Positions 62,187-64,000 of a DNA stretch of 64,000 nucleotides are shown here, piece by piece. Positions within the stretch are counted from its first letter, which is position 1; each line of letters starts with the position of its first letter. Both the position numbers and the translations under genes were made by a program. The stretch spans positions 25,422,001 to 25,486,000 of the forward strand of contig OZ076409.1 of the NCBI GenBank assembly GCA_964187785.1, read 5' to 3'. Origin of the DNA: Amphiscolops sp. MND2022. Its lineage: Eukaryota. Below the pieces are notes generated by a model that saw only the letters and a program-made list of their open reading frames with translations, was not told the DNA's origin and did no database searches.

Positions 62187-62845
62187 CTGAAATAATCCAT
62201 CATTGTGGCACTTTAACACAAAAAGTGTTTCTTCTGAGAAAAATATACGATGAAGAGATATTCAATAAGTTTTGAAACGGGCTTAATTGGGCCACGTACA
62301 TCTATGAAACTTCGTTACTCTGAATATACAAGCACAGTTGCGTCATCAAATAACAGACGAAAAATGCTTTCTTGAAAAATGAATTGCCAAAAACGTTATA
62401 ATTCCGTGGAAACCAATTTTTACGGAGGACTATTGAAAAATTAGCATTTTGTGATCATTTTGCTGCGTAAATTTTTGAATATTGAATATTGCGTTTTCAG
62501 AAAACGTGTTTTAAGTCCGAAGTTAGAGATCTGAATCAAATGTACAACATTTGTTTGATGCCTTTTTTGTTACGAACAGCGGTTTTCGAGATGGATGATA
62601 ACATCCGAGAATGCTGGATGTCGCCATCAGACGGAATGATAGATTTTGTAATGTTGTTTGATTTCGAAAATACCGGTAATTCGGCTCGGAATTTGGAAAA
62701 ATTTGGCTCCTGGTAATTTTGTTTCTATTGGTCAAGTATTTTTCTTGAAATTTAATTGAAGGGAGTTTAAATTTTTGTCAGCAAAATTGATTGTCTTTAG
62801 CCATTTGGCACCCTAATGTGTCAAAAATACTTGAAAGAATCTATT

Positions 62846-63361
62846 CCCTGGTTGAAACTGCTTGAACTTTTCATTTTGTGAAAATTATGAAAGAAAAGTC
62901 CATTCATTAAAACGTCACTGATGATTTACCTTTATAAAGTTGCTTTTAAAGAGCATCCTAAATTTGGCGGCAATTCTGCGCCGCAAAATTTTGCAGGTTT
63001 CATTAACACGCCATTCTAATTTTGAAAGCAGCTGAGACCTTCGTCAATTTTACCGCGGTTTCAATGCAAATAAACTTCAGTCACATTATAAGCTTCAAAG
63101 TAGCGTCATATTCAACGTGCTATTTGACTAACGGTGATTACAGAAGGTAGTTGCTTGAGAAACTTACCCGTGAAAACAAAGTGATCGCAACGGTGAAGAA
63201 GTGGAAATGTTTTCAGTTTTAATTCAAATAATAGAGGCTGCATTGTAATCCCACAAAATGTTTCCATGCAGGCTCCCGGAATTTTCCATGTTTTGTAAAC
63301 AAAAAATTTGCCTGCATGTTTCCATGCAGCATGTAAAAAGTTCAAGCAATCTCGACTAGGG
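62846..63361. mobile_element. Second copy of CCCT...AGGG MITE
   Basis: Imperfect 22-bp TIRs ccctggttgaaactgcttgaac / gttcaagcaatctcgactaggg; body aligns with 59104-59625. Confidence 0.7.
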
Positions 63362-63966
63362 TTGAGCACAAATCTGTGACCTCATTAAATAGCTGGTAAT
63401 CACAGCTTGTCAACTGACCATTGTTCGAATGACTACGTGTTGGGAAGTATGAAATCATGACGTGTAAAGTTTCCAAAAAAAATTGACAACCAAGAAAAGA
63501 ATAATTGCGAAATGGGTAAAATTACATAGATGTCAATTGGGGTCGCATTCCATCATCTTTCTCAGTAAAAAGTATATCGAAACGGCCTGACAGAAAACAT
63601 CCATTGTCGATTGCTATTGTCGACCTCTTCAAAGTTAATGGAAAATCTTTTTGGCTACTTCGATATATGACATGATACATATCACTACTGTTAGCGCTAC
63701 TGTTAATCGAATATGCATCATGATATATAGGGAAGCTATAAATAATGCACTCAAAATAATTTATTGGGTACCAGAAATCAACGTACACCATTCTTAATTC
63801 AAACTTTTAGAATTTGAGGCTTCAATTTTGTTTCGGATGTTTCCAAAATTTTTGACCTTACGGGTTGCCTTAGTTTATCTATTCTACTCTTCTATAGTCA
63901 AGAAAGCGCTTCAAAACAATACGCAGGCCATATTTTCCCTAATTAAAATTCAGCAAATTTTCTTAC

Positions 63967-64000
63967 CTTTCTGTAGCAGAGGTGGTTGTGTGTTTCGTTG
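63967..64000 (-). CDS. Mucin exon (partial, continues beyond window)
   Basis: TKHTTTSATE followed by strong donor ag|gtaaga, phase 2 matching the next exon. Confidence 0.7.

Larger units (their letters stand above)
26178..64000 (-). other. Giant mucin-like gene (5' end outside window): PTS repeats, unassigned domain, TSP1, TIL, TSP1, VWC-like, CTCK
   Basis: 15 exons with GT-AG boundaries and matching phases, summing to 21,140 nt (~7,046 codons) and ending TGA at 26178. Confidence 0.9.

Overview
AT-rich, repeat-dense eukaryotic (metazoan) genomic DNA. It has spliceosomal GT-AG introns and no prokaryotic features; I cannot identify the species from sequence alone. Left third (1-25 kb), a transposon field: (i) an old, internally deleted Gypsy LTR element (1517-4901); (ii) a precisely delimited 7.45-kb decayed Polinton/Maverick (adintovirus-like) element (6202-13654) with AGTAGT termini, ~105-bp TIRs and a 6-bp TSD, retaining fragments of protein-primed PolB, packaging ATPase, adenain-like protease and a penton-like gene, but no visible integrase, major capsid or polymerase core; (iii) a full-length, recently inactivated Gypsy element (15226-21146) flanked by an abnormal 84-bp direct duplication; (iv) a fold-back element with a perfect 107-nt central palindrome; (v) several Helentron/HINE-like repeats. 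Right 60% (26178-64000, minus strand): the 3' part of one giant secreted mucin-like gene. I reconstruct 15 phase-compatible exons (~7,046 codons in the window, N-terminus outside), including Ser/Thr/Pro repeat exons of 12.1 kb and 6.6 kb, an unassigned ~180-aa domain, then TSP1-TIL-TSP1-VWC-like-CTCK. The long V/D/E/L plus-strand ORFs are antisense shadows of the mucin repeats. Domain calls come from motif recognition, not database searches.
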